A stretch of 62,395 nucleotides of DNA from a virus (taxonomy: Duplodnaviria > Caudoviricetes), in the IMG/VR virus record IMGVR_UViG_3300036829_000406, positions 1 through 62,395 of that record, one strand, 5' to 3'. The number at the start of each line of letters is the position of its first letter. The first letter of the stretch is position 1. Below are positions 9,030 through 17,752 of this stretch, piece after piece. Under the pieces are notes generated by a model. It saw only the letters and a program-made list of their open reading frames with translations, was not told the DNA's origin and made no database searches. The translations under genes and the position numbers were made by a program.

Positions 9030-9317
9030 ATGGACGCCGCGAAACGCCAGGCCATCACCGGCTGCGGCCGGTGCGGCCAGCCCGAGGACGCCCACAAATT
9101 CGGGCGCGACGCCAGCCCGGACGACCTCGCGCTGTTCGCCGCCCTCGGCGGACCCTGCCCGGCCTTCGTCGCCTCCGACGCGTCGGTGATCTACGCCCGG
9201 CACCTGGCCATCGCCGGCCGGGACCCCGTCCGGCGGCCCGGCCGCGTCGGCAAACGCGGCCCGCTGTGCGGCCGGTGCGGGAACCGCGGCCACCAGAAGG
9301 AGAACTGCCCGCTGTGA
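9030..9317 (+). CDS. Zn-finger/knuckle protein
   Basis: CGRC...H and C-terminal CxxCxxxxHxxxxC. Confidence 0.65.
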   Translation: MDAAKRQAITGCGRCGQPEDAHKFGRDASPDDLALFAALGGPCPAFVASDASVIYARHLAIAGRDPVRRPGRVGKRGPLCGRCGNRGHQKENCPL

Positions 9318-9664
9318 ACACACCCGACCCCGAGAACGCCACGACCGAAGAACCGGTCGGCACCGAGAACCCCGGCATCACCATGATCAAGGCCGAACGG
9401 CTCAGGCAAATCGCGGCCGAAGGCTACACACCGGAGCACGACGCGGAGCATCCAGACGGCGAGCTGGCTCGCGCCGGCGCCACATACGCGCTCTGGGCGG
9501 CCGGGACCGTGCGGCCGGGATCCATCCCGTACGACGCGATGCGCTGGTGGCCGCCCGACTGGAAATTCGGCTACGACGACGGCCCGGTGCGCGCGCTCGC
9601 CAAGGCCGGGGCGCTCATCGCCGCCGAGATCGACCGGCTCACCGCGAAGGGCTGCGTCCTGTGA
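9314..9664 (+). CDS. conserved phage hypothetical protein
   Basis: 'AERLRQIAAEGYTPEHD...ELARA...WP...KAGALIAAEIDRL' is a widespread phage family pattern. Confidence 0.75.
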   Translation: MNTPDPENATTEEPVGTENPGITMIKAERLRQIAAEGYTPEHDAEHPDGELARAGATYALWAAGTVRPGSIPYDAMRWWPPDWKFGYDDGPVRALAKAGALIAAEIDRLTAKGCVL

Positions 9665-9978
9665 AAACGACCGAACCCGAACCCGACATCCAGGCCGCCC
9701 CCGACGAGCTCGCCGCCCTCGCCAGAGCCATGCGCCCCGCCTGGGACCACGACATCCTCACCGCCGCACTCCTCGCCGCCAGGCAGGCAGGCTGGACATG
9801 GGACCGCACCCTGGCCGAAACGATCCGGCTGATGCGCTCCCCGGACGGCTCACCGTGGGACCTGCGCCGCGCCGCAGCGGACCCGTTCCATCACGCGACG
9901 GTGCCACCCGGCACGGAGAAGCGCGGCGCGGCGGCCGCCCGGGAGCTGCTCGGCTACGACCACGGTGGCGCGGCGTGA
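9661..9978 (+). CDS. hypothetical protein
   Basis: GTGA-coupled ORF. Confidence 0.6.
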   Translation: MKTTEPEPDIQAAPDELAALARAMRPAWDHDILTAALLAARQAGWTWDRTLAETIRLMRSPDGSPWDLRRAAADPFHHATVPPGTEKRGAAAARELLGYDHGGAA

Positions 9979-10175
9979 CCGCGGTCCTGGCCGTGGCCCG
10001 GGTCGTCGTTGATGCCGTCCTGGTCCTGGCCGCCATCGCGGCGGTGCTCTCGGCGGCGGCCCGCCCGCAGGGCTTCTGGACGGTGTTCTGGCTGGCAGCG
10101 ATGTTCGTGATGATCACCGGCGCGGTGGTAGGCGTAGCCGCGCTGCAGGCGCAGAGAGGGAATAGCGATGGGTGA
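9975..10175 (+). CDS. small membrane protein
   Basis: two hydrophobic helices. Confidence 0.6.
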   Translation: MTAVLAVARVVVDAVLVLAAIAAVLSAAARPQGFWTVFWLAAMFVMITGAVVGVAALQAQRGNSDG

Positions 10176-10416
10176 GGACACCGGCTTCTGCCGGGCGATG
10201 AGCCACCGCGGCGACCCGCTGACCGTGTACGCCGGCGGGAAAGCTCACCTGGTCATCGCGAGGAAACCCGGCGAATTCGTCTGCACGCAGGACCCCGGTC
10301 ACGAGAGAGGCCACGCGGCCTGCGACGGTGCAGGTCACATTCTGGCCCGCTGGCCCCGGCAGCCTGTCGAGCGCTACTGGCAGCGGGATAACTGTGAGGG
10401 CCACGACCATGGCTGA
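10168..10416 (+). CDS. hypothetical protein
   Basis: coupled ORF, Cys/His-rich. Confidence 0.55.
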   Translation: MGEDTGFCRAMSHRGDPLTVYAGGKAHLVIARKPGEFVCTQDPGHERGHAACDGAGHILARWPRQPVERYWQRDNCEGHDHG

Positions 10417-10594
10417 CATGCTGCTGAACGGCCGCGAGCCCGTCGACTGGGAACTGACCTCCCTCGCCCAGGGCCACGCGCACCTGCTCGAGCGGGACAC
10501 CCAGCAGCTCGCCGGGCTGCTGCCCGAAGAGCCGGTGCACCGGCCCGAGCCGGACGGCCGGCCGGTGCGGGACGCGTTCCTGGAGCTGCCGTGA
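10409..10594 (+). CDS. hypothetical protein
   Basis: coupled ORF. Confidence 0.55.
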   Translation: MADMLLNGREPVDWELTSLAQGHAHLLERDTQQLAGLLPEEPVHRPEPDGRPVRDAFLELP

Positions 10595-10899
10595 GCGGGG
10601 TGGCGGGCATGCCGCTGCCCGACTGCGAGCTGAAGCCGTGCGGCACCCTGGCCGCCTACCGGCGTCACCGGCGCCGCGGTGTCCCCATCGACCCGGCTTG
10701 CCGGCAGGCTGTCGTGCGGGACTGGCAGGACCGTGCCGCGGCCGGCCGGGTCCAGCGGATGCCTCGCCGCCGTACCCGTGTTCACCTGGCTGGCCCTGGC
10801 GGGGTCGCGGCGTGCGGCCGGGGTGATGTGACGGTGACCGGGGATCCGGGCCTGGTGACGTGCCTGAACTGCCGGGAGGGACACCGCCGTGCAGCCTGA
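10591..10899 (+). CDS. hypothetical Zn-binding protein
   Basis: 'PCGTLAAYRRHRRRG..IDPACR' motif common in actinophages. Confidence 0.65.
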   Translation: MSGVAGMPLPDCELKPCGTLAAYRRHRRRGVPIDPACRQAVVRDWQDRAAAGRVQRMPRRRTRVHLAGPGGVAACGRGDVTVTGDPGLVTCLNCREGHRRAA

Positions 10900-11104
10900 C
10901 CATGATCACGACGGGCGGCCCTGCGACGGGGTCGTCTGGGAGCCTGAACCGCGCTGCACCACCACTGGGCACCGTGTCGGGACGGCCGGCCGGGCGCCGG
11001 TTCAGACCCGGGAGCTGCCCGTGCGGTTCTGGCTGTTCGAGCTGGCCGCCCGGGTCGAGGCCCGTCTCCGCCGCCGCTACCCGACCCTCAGCAGGAGGCC
11101 CTGA
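10889..11104 (+). CDS. hypothetical protein
   Basis: coupled ORF. Confidence 0.5.
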   Translation: MQPDHDHDGRPCDGVVWEPEPRCTTTGHRVGTAGRAPVQTRELPVRFWLFELAARVEARLRRRYPTLSRRP

Positions 11105-11505
11105 TGGCCCGGCCGTGCCGGTTTTGCCTTGCCGCCTACCCGATCCTCTTCGAGGACGGCGATGTCGCGTCCTGCGAGTTCGGGCACCGCGACGAGCCGC
11201 GTGTCTATGATCTGGCGGCCGCGATGGCGCGCATCTTCCAGCCACGCCCGAACACCGACGAGCAGATCGCCTGGTTCCTCGGGGACGCTGACGCCGTGGT
11301 CGACGACTTCGACCCGGCGCCCGGGAAGTGGCGGATCCGGAAGCTGCCGCCCGGGAAGTCCGGCGAGTTCGTTATGCGATTCCGGGTCAATGACGTGACG
11401 TACGTCATCCGGGACGGCGACAAGGACCCGGTGCCCCCGGTCCGGCTGTCAACGCTGCGGGAGTGGCAGCGTGAGGCTGACCGCGAAGCGCAGGCACGCA
11501 GGTGA
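11104..11505 (+). CDS. hypothetical protein
   Basis: AGGAGG RBS, TGATG overlap. Confidence 0.7.
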   Translation: MARPCRFCLAAYPILFEDGDVASCEFGHRDEPRVYDLAAAMARIFQPRPNTDEQIAWFLGDADAVVDDFDPAPGKWRIRKLPPGKSGEFVMRFRVNDVTYVIRDGDKDPVPPVRLSTLREWQREADREAQARR

Positions 11506-11735
11506 GCATCGAGACGACTCTGGCCCGCACGCAGGCCATGCACGCTGGCGTGCGCTGGCACGGCCACCGGCGGGACTGCCCGCGGTGTGTCACCGCGCAG
11601 CGGGCCCGCAAGCCGGACCAGATGTGCGTCGCGGGCGTGTCGCTGTACCAGGCGCACAGGGAAGCTGAGGCCGAGCTGACCCGCCAGATCGAACTCGACC
11701 AGCAGCCGATACCCGGCCAGGAAGGACTGTTCTGA
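11502..11735 (+). CDS. hypothetical protein
   Basis: coupled ORF ending 'PGQEGLF' (beta-clamp-motif-like). Confidence 0.6.
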   Translation: MSIETTLARTQAMHAGVRWHGHRRDCPRCVTAQRARKPDQMCVAGVSLYQAHREAEAELTRQIELDQQPIPGQEGLF

Positions 11736-11875
11736 TGCCACAGGTGTACTTCAGCCTGCCCGCCGAGGACCTGGAGGCGGTGGACTTCATCGCCGAGCGG
11801 GATTTCGACGGCAACAGGTCCGAGGTGCTGAGAGCGGCGATCGGCGAGTACCTGACCGGTCGGACCGAGGGCTGA
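11735..11875 (+). CDS. ribbon-helix-helix (CopG/Arc-like) protein; below the ORF-track length cutoff
   Basis: MPQVYFSLPAEDLEAVDFIAERDFDGNRSEVLRAAIGEYL; TGATG overlaps on both sides. Confidence 0.75.
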   Translation: MPQVYFSLPAEDLEAVDFIAERDFDGNRSEVLRAAIGEYLTGRTEG

Positions 11876-12387
11876 TGGGCAGGCAGGCCAGGATCAAGCG
11901 CAAGCGGCACGAGCTGCGCCAGGAGCACCACACCGCCATGGCGAGGCTGCACGACACGGCCAGCGCGCCGGACGTGCAGGCGTGGCTCGCCTCCCATCAC
12001 GACAGCGAGTGTGTCGCGCTGAAAGAGCGCGATCGCCCCCGGCAAGTCGCCCGGCTGGAGGCCGAAGGCTGGTTGCTCCGTGAGCAGAATCTGGACGGTC
12101 TGGGTATCTGGGATCACCGCCGATGGGGGCTGCGGATCATTCACTCGGTGGCGCGCGAGCTGGATGGCCACGTGTGGGCGCACGTGTCCGTGTCGGCCCG
12201 CGAAGGTACGATGCCGGGCTGGCTGGAGACCCGCAACGCCGGCTGGCTGATGTACCCGGACCGGCTGGGGATGGTCGTGGTGGCCCCGAGGTCCGCGCAT
12301 GTGAACCTGGGTGAGGTGGCGCACGTCTGGTACTGCCTCACCGCCGATCCGGTGCCGGACTTTTCGCATGGGATCGGGTCGATATGA
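11875..12387 (+). CDS. hypothetical protein
   Basis: 'WAHVSVS...PGW....R...HVN...VAHVW' conserved phage domain pattern. Confidence 0.7.
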   Translation: MGRQARIKRKRHELRQEHHTAMARLHDTASAPDVQAWLASHHDSECVALKERDRPRQVARLEAEGWLLREQNLDGLGIWDHRRWGLRIIHSVARELDGHVWAHVSVSAREGTMPGWLETRNAGWLMYPDRLGMVVVAPRSAHVNLGEVAHVWYCLTADPVPDFSHGIGSI

Positions 12388-12397
12388 GGGGTGTCCG

Positions 12398-12922
12398 TTG
12401 AGTGATGACCTGGCGGCCGCGGGTATCTGGATCCAGTCCACCCGCGGCCCGGACGATGAGCCGGTCTGCGAGATCACCTGGGGGCCGCTGCAGTGCTACG
12501 CACCCGTCGCCGACGTGCGGGACACGGCGATCGACCTGGTGACCTGCGCCGCCTACGCCGAGATGATGATGACCCTCGTCACCCGGGTGAAGCTCTCCGC
12601 CGACGTCGTGTCCAAGTTCGCTACGCACATGCTGGATGGCCGCGATAAGCGGTACTTCGGCGCGAAGACCACGATGACCCTGCTGCCGGCCGGGTCGACG
12701 AAGCGGCGTGAGGCGCTGGTGCTGCTGAGGCGGGGGTCGCTGGACGGCGCGCTGAGCCCGGCCGGAGCCCGCGCGATGGCGCTGCGGTGGCTGGCCGTCG
12801 CGGAGGCCACCGAATCCGACCAGCTCGTCAGCGAGGCGCTGCGGGCGACCACGGCGCTGTCCGGGGACCAGGTGGAGAAGCTGTTCGGCTACCTGCGGAC
12901 GCTGAGGGCTGACCCGTCGTGA
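12398..12922 (+). CDS. hypothetical protein
   Basis: TTG start after GAGGGG; coupled to the next gene. Confidence 0.65.
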   Translation: MSDDLAAAGIWIQSTRGPDDEPVCEITWGPLQCYAPVADVRDTAIDLVTCAAYAEMMMTLVTRVKLSADVVSKFATHMLDGRDKRYFGAKTTMTLLPAGSTKRREALVLLRRGSLDGALSPAGARAMALRWLAVAEATESDQLVSEALRATTALSGDQVEKLFGYLRTLRADPS

Positions 12923-13359
12923 CGCCCTCGGCGCGGGTGCCTGCCGGGTTCGGCCCGGCCCTGTACCGGCTGCGGGCGGCCCGCAGGTGGTCGCTGCGGC
13001 GGGCTGCGGGGGAGGCGGGGGTGTCCGTGACGACAGTGATACGGGCGGAGCAGGGGCACAGCGTGCAGCTGGCGCAGGCGATCAGGCTGGCGTCCGCGTA
13101 CGGCACAACCGTCGGCGCGCTGCTCGACGAAGGCCCGGACAAGGCGACGGTCCTGCTCATCGAGGCAGCCCATGCCTGGGCCGCACTCCGCCGTCACTCC
13201 GGGGCCCCCGAGGGCAGCGCCGAGTCCCAGCGGATCGCCCGGGACGTGATGGGCATCCTTTGCCGAACGGACGCCGGCCGTGACAGCAACCGTGACAGCA
13301 ACCGGGATCGTGGACACCAGCGGACAGCGATGGACAAGGGTGCCGATGACCAGGGTTGA
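12919..13359 (+). CDS. XRE-family HTH protein
   Basis: 'LYRLRAARRWSLRRAAGEAGVSVTTVIRAEQG...AIRLASAYG'; C-terminus runs into the attP arm repeats. Confidence 0.8.
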   Translation: MTPSARVPAGFGPALYRLRAARRWSLRRAAGEAGVSVTTVIRAEQGHSVQLAQAIRLASAYGTTVGALLDEGPDKATVLLIEAAHAWAALRRHSGAPEGSAESQRIARDVMGILCRTDAGRDSNRDSNRDRGHQRTAMDKGADDQG

Positions 13360-13395
13360 CCGCACTGGAGTCCGCCAGTGTCCGGCGGTGCCCAG

Positions 13396-13442
13396 GACTA
13401 CGGATCAGAAGGTTGGGGGTTCGAGTCCCTCCGAGCGCGCCA
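13396..13442 (+). mobile_element. attP core identical in form to the 3' half of tRNA-Arg(ACG)
   Basis: GACTACGGATCAGAAGGTTGGGGGTTCGAGTCCCTCCGAGCGCGCCA: anticodon loop CTACGGA, T-loop TTCGAGT, CCA end; no 5' half; near a tyrosine integrase. Confidence 0.88.
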
Positions 13443-13533
13443 CGCTGACCAGCGGAAATAGCTCCGGTTGCGAGTCGGTAACGCCACAGAAGGTCGCCAC
13501 TGACAGCAACCGTGACAGCAACGCCGAGCGATC

Positions 13534-14082
13534 ATGAAAACCTGCACCGCCTGCTGGCGACCTCCCGGGAGCGAAGAGCAGACGTGCGGCGAGCCCGCGC
13601 CGTACGAAGCGGCCGACAGCTACTTCTGCGATTACCACTACGAGCGGGCCATCAAGTGGGCCGCCGAAGTCGCCCGTATCGAGACCAGCCTCGTCTACTA
13701 CGCCCGGCGCGAGTCCGACAGCATCAAGATCGGCACATCGCGAACGATCGCCAGTCGCTGGACCACGCTGAGGCAAGAGCACGGACCGCTCATTCTCATG
13801 GCGGCGCACCGCGGCGCGCACCGCGAAGAGCACATGATCCACGACCGGTTCGCCGCGCTGCGAGTTGAGGGGGAGTGGTTCCGGCCCGGGCTGCCGCTGA
13901 TCGAGCACATCCTGAAGGCGCGGAAGGTGACCGATCTCCGCGCGACTGAAGAGCTGCCGCCGCTGCTAGACCTTCTGGAACTTGGCAGGATGTTCCGCAG
14001 GCTCAAGCGCGAGGCCAAAACCGCGTTTCCGCGCGACGGCGTTCAGTCCAGGCCGCCCCGGTGGCCGCTCGTGCAACCGTGA
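13534..14082 (+). CDS. GIY-YIG-like (T5orf172/MUG113-type) nuclease-domain protein
   Basis: 'VYY...IKIGTS....R...L...E..IH.RF...R..GEWF' signature; N-terminal Cys/His cluster. Confidence 0.8.
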   Translation: MKTCTACWRPPGSEEQTCGEPAPYEAADSYFCDYHYERAIKWAAEVARIETSLVYYARRESDSIKIGTSRTIASRWTTLRQEHGPLILMAAHRGAHREEHMIHDRFAALRVEGEWFRPGLPLIEHILKARKVTDLRATEELPPLLDLLELGRMFRRLKREAKTAFPRDGVQSRPPRWPLVQP

Positions 14083-14105
14083 CAGCAACCGCGCCGGGGT
14101 TCCAT

Positions 14106-14531
14106 TCACTTGCCGTCCTCGCGCCGAACGGCACGAAGCGCGGCGGCCGGCCACATGCCCGGTTCCTCGCCCCGGATGATCCGGCAGACCCGCGCTACCT
14201 GCATCCGTAGCTGTCCCTCGTCTCCGGTGTCGTCAACGCGGAAGATGACCCAGCCACGGTTCCGTAGCCACGCGTCTCGCACGGCGTCTCTCGCCGCGCC
14301 AGTGGGCATCCGGTGAAACGGGCCGTCGGTCTCGAGCACCATCAGGCGGGACGGCCACGCGAAATCCAGGCGGTACCTGCCGACCCGGTACTGCTGCCGC
14401 GTCTTGAATGTCGAGTGTGGCCCGAACCCGAATCGGGACAGCTCCCATGCGACCCGGTTTTCCAGCGTCGTCCCGCCGCGCCACCCTTCCTCTGTGATGA
14501 CTTGCTCAGTCGCCCGCTCGGCGAGATTCAC
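14106..14531 (-). CDS. DUF559/Vsr-like PD-(D/E)XK endonuclease
   Basis: 'QYRVGRYRLDFAW....LETDGPFH....RDAVRDAWL..RGW.IFR'; GTG overlaps the integrase stop. Confidence 0.8.
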   Translation of the reverse strand: MNLAERATEQVITEEGWRGGTTLENRVAWELSRFGFGPHSTFKTRQQYRVGRYRLDFAWPSRLMVLETDGPFHRMPTGAARDAVRDAWLRNRGWVIFRVDDTGDEGQLRMQVARVCRIIRGEEPGMWPAAALRAVRREDGK

Positions 14532-15784
14532 GACCGCCCTCTCAGTCCTTCGAGTACCCGGTCCATCACGTCGGCCCCGGCCCGCGGCACGTCCTCCAGG
14601 GCGTGCACGTACACCGCCGTTGTCGAGATCCGCGAGTGCCGAAGCATCCGCTGCACCGTCTTCAGGTCCGCGCCGCCGGCCAGCGCGTACGACGCGCACG
14701 CGTGCCGCAGATCATGCAGCCGGACCGGCCGCTCGATCCCGGCGCGGGCCCGGACCTTCTCCCACTGCCGGTTGATGTTCCGCGGCTCGACCGCCGTCCC
14801 CAGCCCGGTGGTGAACACGAGCTCGAGGTCCGCCCACGCTGGCGCGGCCATCCGGGTCTTGCGCTGTTCCCGCTGCCACTGGGCCAGCGCCTCGACGGCC
14901 GAGACGGGCAGCGCGACCCGCTCCCTCGATGCGCGGGTCTTCAGCTCCCTGGCCACCAGGCGCCCGCGGCCGCGTTTCCCGGTGACGGGGTCGGGGTCGC
15001 CGCGGAGCCGCTGCACCTGCAGGCCCGGTGTCCAGATCCGCCGATCGAGGTCGAGGTCTGTCCATCGCATGCCGAGGCCTTCGCCGCGGCGGAAGCCGAG
15101 CAGGAACGCGACGAGCCAGTAGCACCACCAGCGGTCGGCGGCCATCGCGGTCAGGAGCGCGGATACCTCGGCGGGTGCGAGGATGACGGGTTCGGCCGGG
15201 TTGGCCTTGGGTGGGGCTACGAGGTCGACGACGTTGCGGGTGAGTCCGGCGGTTTCGTCGCGGATCGCGTCGGCGATCATTTTGTGGAGGATCTCCCGGC
15301 AGTAGGCGACGGTGCGGGGTGACAGGGTGCGGCGTGGTCCGTCGCGGGGCTGGCGTCCGGCTGGCTTGCGGGAGAGGCGGTCCTGCCAGTCGCGGACGGT
15401 GGCGGCGGACAGGTCGGCGAGTTTGACGTGGCCGATGCCGTCTTTGCGGGTGAGGATGTGCAGGCGGGCGTTGTCCCGGTAGGAGTCCATGGTGGATGCG
15501 GCGAGGCGCCCGGCGCGGACGTACTGGGGGAGGGTGGTGCCGAGCCACCGGGTGAACGCGTCGGCGACGGTCTGGTGCGGGTCCTCGGGCAATCCCTGGG
15601 CGAGTTTGGCCTCGAGTTCGGCGCGGTTGTCTACGGCTTGTTTGCGGGTTTTGCCGTAGACGTAGCGGGGTTTGGTGTCGATGCCGCCTTCGGGTGGGTA
15701 GGCGCGGGCTTGCCAGCGTCCGTCTTTGCGCCGCCAGGGTTTGCCTTCGCGGTTGGGCCGCGCCCCGGCCGGCTTGCCGGTCAT
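14528..15784 (-). CDS. int: tyrosine integrase
   Basis: 'GFRRGE' (R), 'LKT' (K), 'HDLRH', 'LRHS...TTAVYVH' (H, Y); N-terminal arm-binding 'RRKDGRW'. Confidence 0.95.
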   Translation of the reverse strand: MTGKPAGARPNREGKPWRRKDGRWQARAYPPEGGIDTKPRYVYGKTRKQAVDNRAELEAKLAQGLPEDPHQTVADAFTRWLGTTLPQYVRAGRLAASTMDSYRDNARLHILTRKDGIGHVKLADLSAATVRDWQDRLSRKPAGRQPRDGPRRTLSPRTVAYCREILHKMIADAIRDETAGLTRNVVDLVAPPKANPAEPVILAPAEVSALLTAMAADRWWCYWLVAFLLGFRRGEGLGMRWTDLDLDRRIWTPGLQVQRLRGDPDPVTGKRGRGRLVARELKTRASRERVALPVSAVEALAQWQREQRKTRMAAPAWADLELVFTTGLGTAVEPRNINRQWEKVRARAGIERPVRLHDLRHACASYALAGGADLKTVQRMLRHSRISTTAVYVHALEDVPRAGADVMDRVLEGLRGRS

Positions 15785-16065
15785 GGGTGAGCCCACTCAG
15801 GAATCAGCGGCTCCCCGGTATACGGATTGTGGTCGATATGCCAGCTGACGTCCTGGCTGACGGGATCAAGGTGCCAGTACCCGCATCGAGGGCAGTGCGC
15901 GCCGATCCCCCCATCCTTTGCCGGTACCGGCTCGAGCGGAGACTGATGGCGCGGGCATAGTCCCTCGCTGAGCGACATGCAGCTGTGCCGCCAGTACACC
16001 TGCTCGGCCGTGGTGCCGTGGGGGATGGGCAGAATCGCCCCGCCCGGCAATTGCAGTTTGTCCAT
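15781..16065 (-). CDS. hypothetical Zn-ribbon protein
   Basis: CPRH...CPRC; ATGA overlap with int. Confidence 0.6.
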   Translation of the reverse strand: MDKLQLPGGAILPIPHGTTAEQVYWRHSCMSLSEGLCPRHQSPLEPVPAKDGGIGAHCPRCGYWHLDPVSQDVSWHIDHNPYTGEPLIPEWAHP

Positions 16066-16196
16066 GCCTCGCAACACTACCCAGGATGGACATGTCTGGT
16101 CTACAGTGGACTCCGGATGTCTCCATTTACCGTCAACCGTGGCGGGAGAGCACGGGAGCCTGTCTCCAGGCCCCGGCAGAGGTGAAGGGGTTCACG

Positions 16197-16427
16197 ATGA
16201 CCGACCCGGCCCCCGGGATGACCGACGTAGGCCCTGAAGCGCTCGACCTGCTGACGATGGCCGAGGTGGCTGAGCGGCTGAGGACGTCGGAGAAGACGGT
16301 GCAGCGCATGATCCGGCAGGGTGTGTTCACGAAGCTGAAGATGGGCAGCCTGGTCCGCATCGATCCGGCGGAGGTCGCGGCTTATAAGAGGCAGCTGCAC
16401 GAGCAGGCGGCCGCTGCGGCCCGGTGA
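16197..16427 (+). CDS. xis: excisionase-like HTH_17 protein
   Basis: 'LLTMAEVAERLRTSEKTVQRMIRQG....KMG.LVRI' divergent from int. Confidence 0.8.
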   Translation: MTDPAPGMTDVGPEALDLLTMAEVAERLRTSEKTVQRMIRQGVFTKLKMGSLVRIDPAEVAAYKRQLHEQAAAAAR

Positions 16428-16433
16428 TGCCGG

Positions 16434-16664
16434 ATGTCGAAGGCGAGGAACGGTGCCAGGTCGCAGCAGGGCCGGCTGGCGGACATGTCGCTGCCGCCGG
16501 AGGAACGAGGCCGCCGGGGCCGGGGGAAGCGTCAGGCGAAGCAGCTGGGTGGGACGCCCCCGGCGCAGATGAGTCACGCGCAGGGCGCGAAGGGCCGCAG
16601 GAAGGCCCGGGAAGGTGAGGCCAAGATGAGACGGTGGCGGCGCGGGGAGGCGAGCGGGGCATGA
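16434..16664 (+). CDS. small basic hypothetical protein
   Basis: ATGA overlap with the methylase. Confidence 0.5.
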   Translation: MSKARNGARSQQGRLADMSLPPEERGRRGRGKRQAKQLGGTPPAQMSHAQGAKGRRKAREGEAKMRRWRRGEASGA

Positions 16665-17515
16665 AGCCGCCGTTTACCTACTTCGGCGGCAAGACGGCGA
16701 TTGCCGGCCAGATCGCGGCGCTGCTGCCCGCGCACGAGCACTATGTGGAGCCGTTCGCCGGGTCGCTCGCTGTGCTGCTGGCCAAGAAGCCATCACCGAT
16801 GGAAACGATCAATGACCTCGACGGCGACCTGATGCACTTCTGGCGGACGCTGCGCGACGACCCGGAAGGCCTCGAGCGCGTCTGTGCGCTCACCCCGCAC
16901 TCTCGCGCCGAGTACCTCCAGTCGTATGACCTGGATGGCACCGAGGGCATCGAGCGCGCCCGGCGCATCTGGGTGCGGCTCACTCAGGGCCGCGGTAGAT
17001 CCATGCGCCGGACCGGCTGGCGGTATTACGTCAATCCCCGCGGTTCGTCCTCGTCGATGCCGGATTACCTCGAGGCCTATACGACACGCACCGCCGCGGC
17101 GGCGGCCCGGCTGGCCGCGGTATCGCTGGAGTGCAAACCGGCGCTCGAGCTCATAGTCCAGTACGGCCAGCATGACGGCGTGCTCATCTACGCCGACCCG
17201 CCTTACCTCGGTTGCGTCCGCAATCCGCGGGCGAACCGCGCCGGGAGTGGCCGCGAATACTCTGCGGAGATGCTGACCGAGGACCAGCATCGCGAGCTGG
17301 CGGACGCTCTGCTCGAGGCCTGCGCCGTAGTCGTGCTCAGCGGCTACGACAGCCCGTTGTACCAGGACCTGTACGCAGCCTGGCATCGCGTCGAGATTCC
17401 GACCTTCAACGGCAACGGGACCGGTGACCGCAGCCGTGTCGAGGTCCTGTGGTCTAACCGGCCGTTCCCGGCGCAGGGATCGCTGTTCGACCTCGACGGC
17501 GTCGCGTCCGCCTGA
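16661..17515 (+). CDS. dam: DNA adenine methyltransferase (D12/Dam family)
   Basis: 'YFGGK', 'YVEPFAGS', 'NDLD', 'YADPPY'. Confidence 0.92.
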   Translation: MKPPFTYFGGKTAIAGQIAALLPAHEHYVEPFAGSLAVLLAKKPSPMETINDLDGDLMHFWRTLRDDPEGLERVCALTPHSRAEYLQSYDLDGTEGIERARRIWVRLTQGRGRSMRRTGWRYYVNPRGSSSSMPDYLEAYTTRTAAAAARLAAVSLECKPALELIVQYGQHDGVLIYADPPYLGCVRNPRANRAGSGREYSAEMLTEDQHRELADALLEACAVVVLSGYDSPLYQDLYAAWHRVEIPTFNGNGTGDRSRVEVLWSNRPFPAQGSLFDLDGVASA

Positions 17516-17681
17516 CACGAAAGATGAGGTGGCGTCGGCGTGGGCACAACGGCTGACCTGATCATCCGCGGGCTGAACGGCGAGCACCTGAGGCGGGCAT
17601 CGATGAGACCAAGAACGCGCTGATCCGCCACGGCTGCGAGCAGCTCCAGGTCCAGGACGCGCTGTTCTGAGACGGCAAAGA

Positions 17682-17714
17682 GCCCCCCGCACGCCACAGG
17701 GCGCGCGGGGGGCA
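17682..17714. terminator. terminator between the convergent early and late operons
   Basis: GCCCCCCGC.CGCC / GGCG.GCGGGGGGC stem with short T-tracts on both sides. Confidence 0.7.
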
Positions 17715-17752
17715 TTTACCTTTCACCCCAGACGGGGCAGGTAATTCCTTGC

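Larger units (their letters stand above)
13281..14090. repeat. integrase arm-type repeats TGACAGCAAC
   Basis: tandem pairs at 13281-13302 and 13501-13522, further copy at about 14073-14090, flanking the attP core. Confidence 0.75.

Noticed and set aside
13396-13442. Functional tRNA-Arg gene
   Set aside because: Only the anticodon loop to CCA is present; upstream sequence cannot form the acceptor or D arm, so it is called an attP core
13534-17515. Restriction-modification system (Dam plus nearby nucleases)
   Set aside because: The genes are not adjacent or co-transcribed; orphan Dam methylases are common in phages
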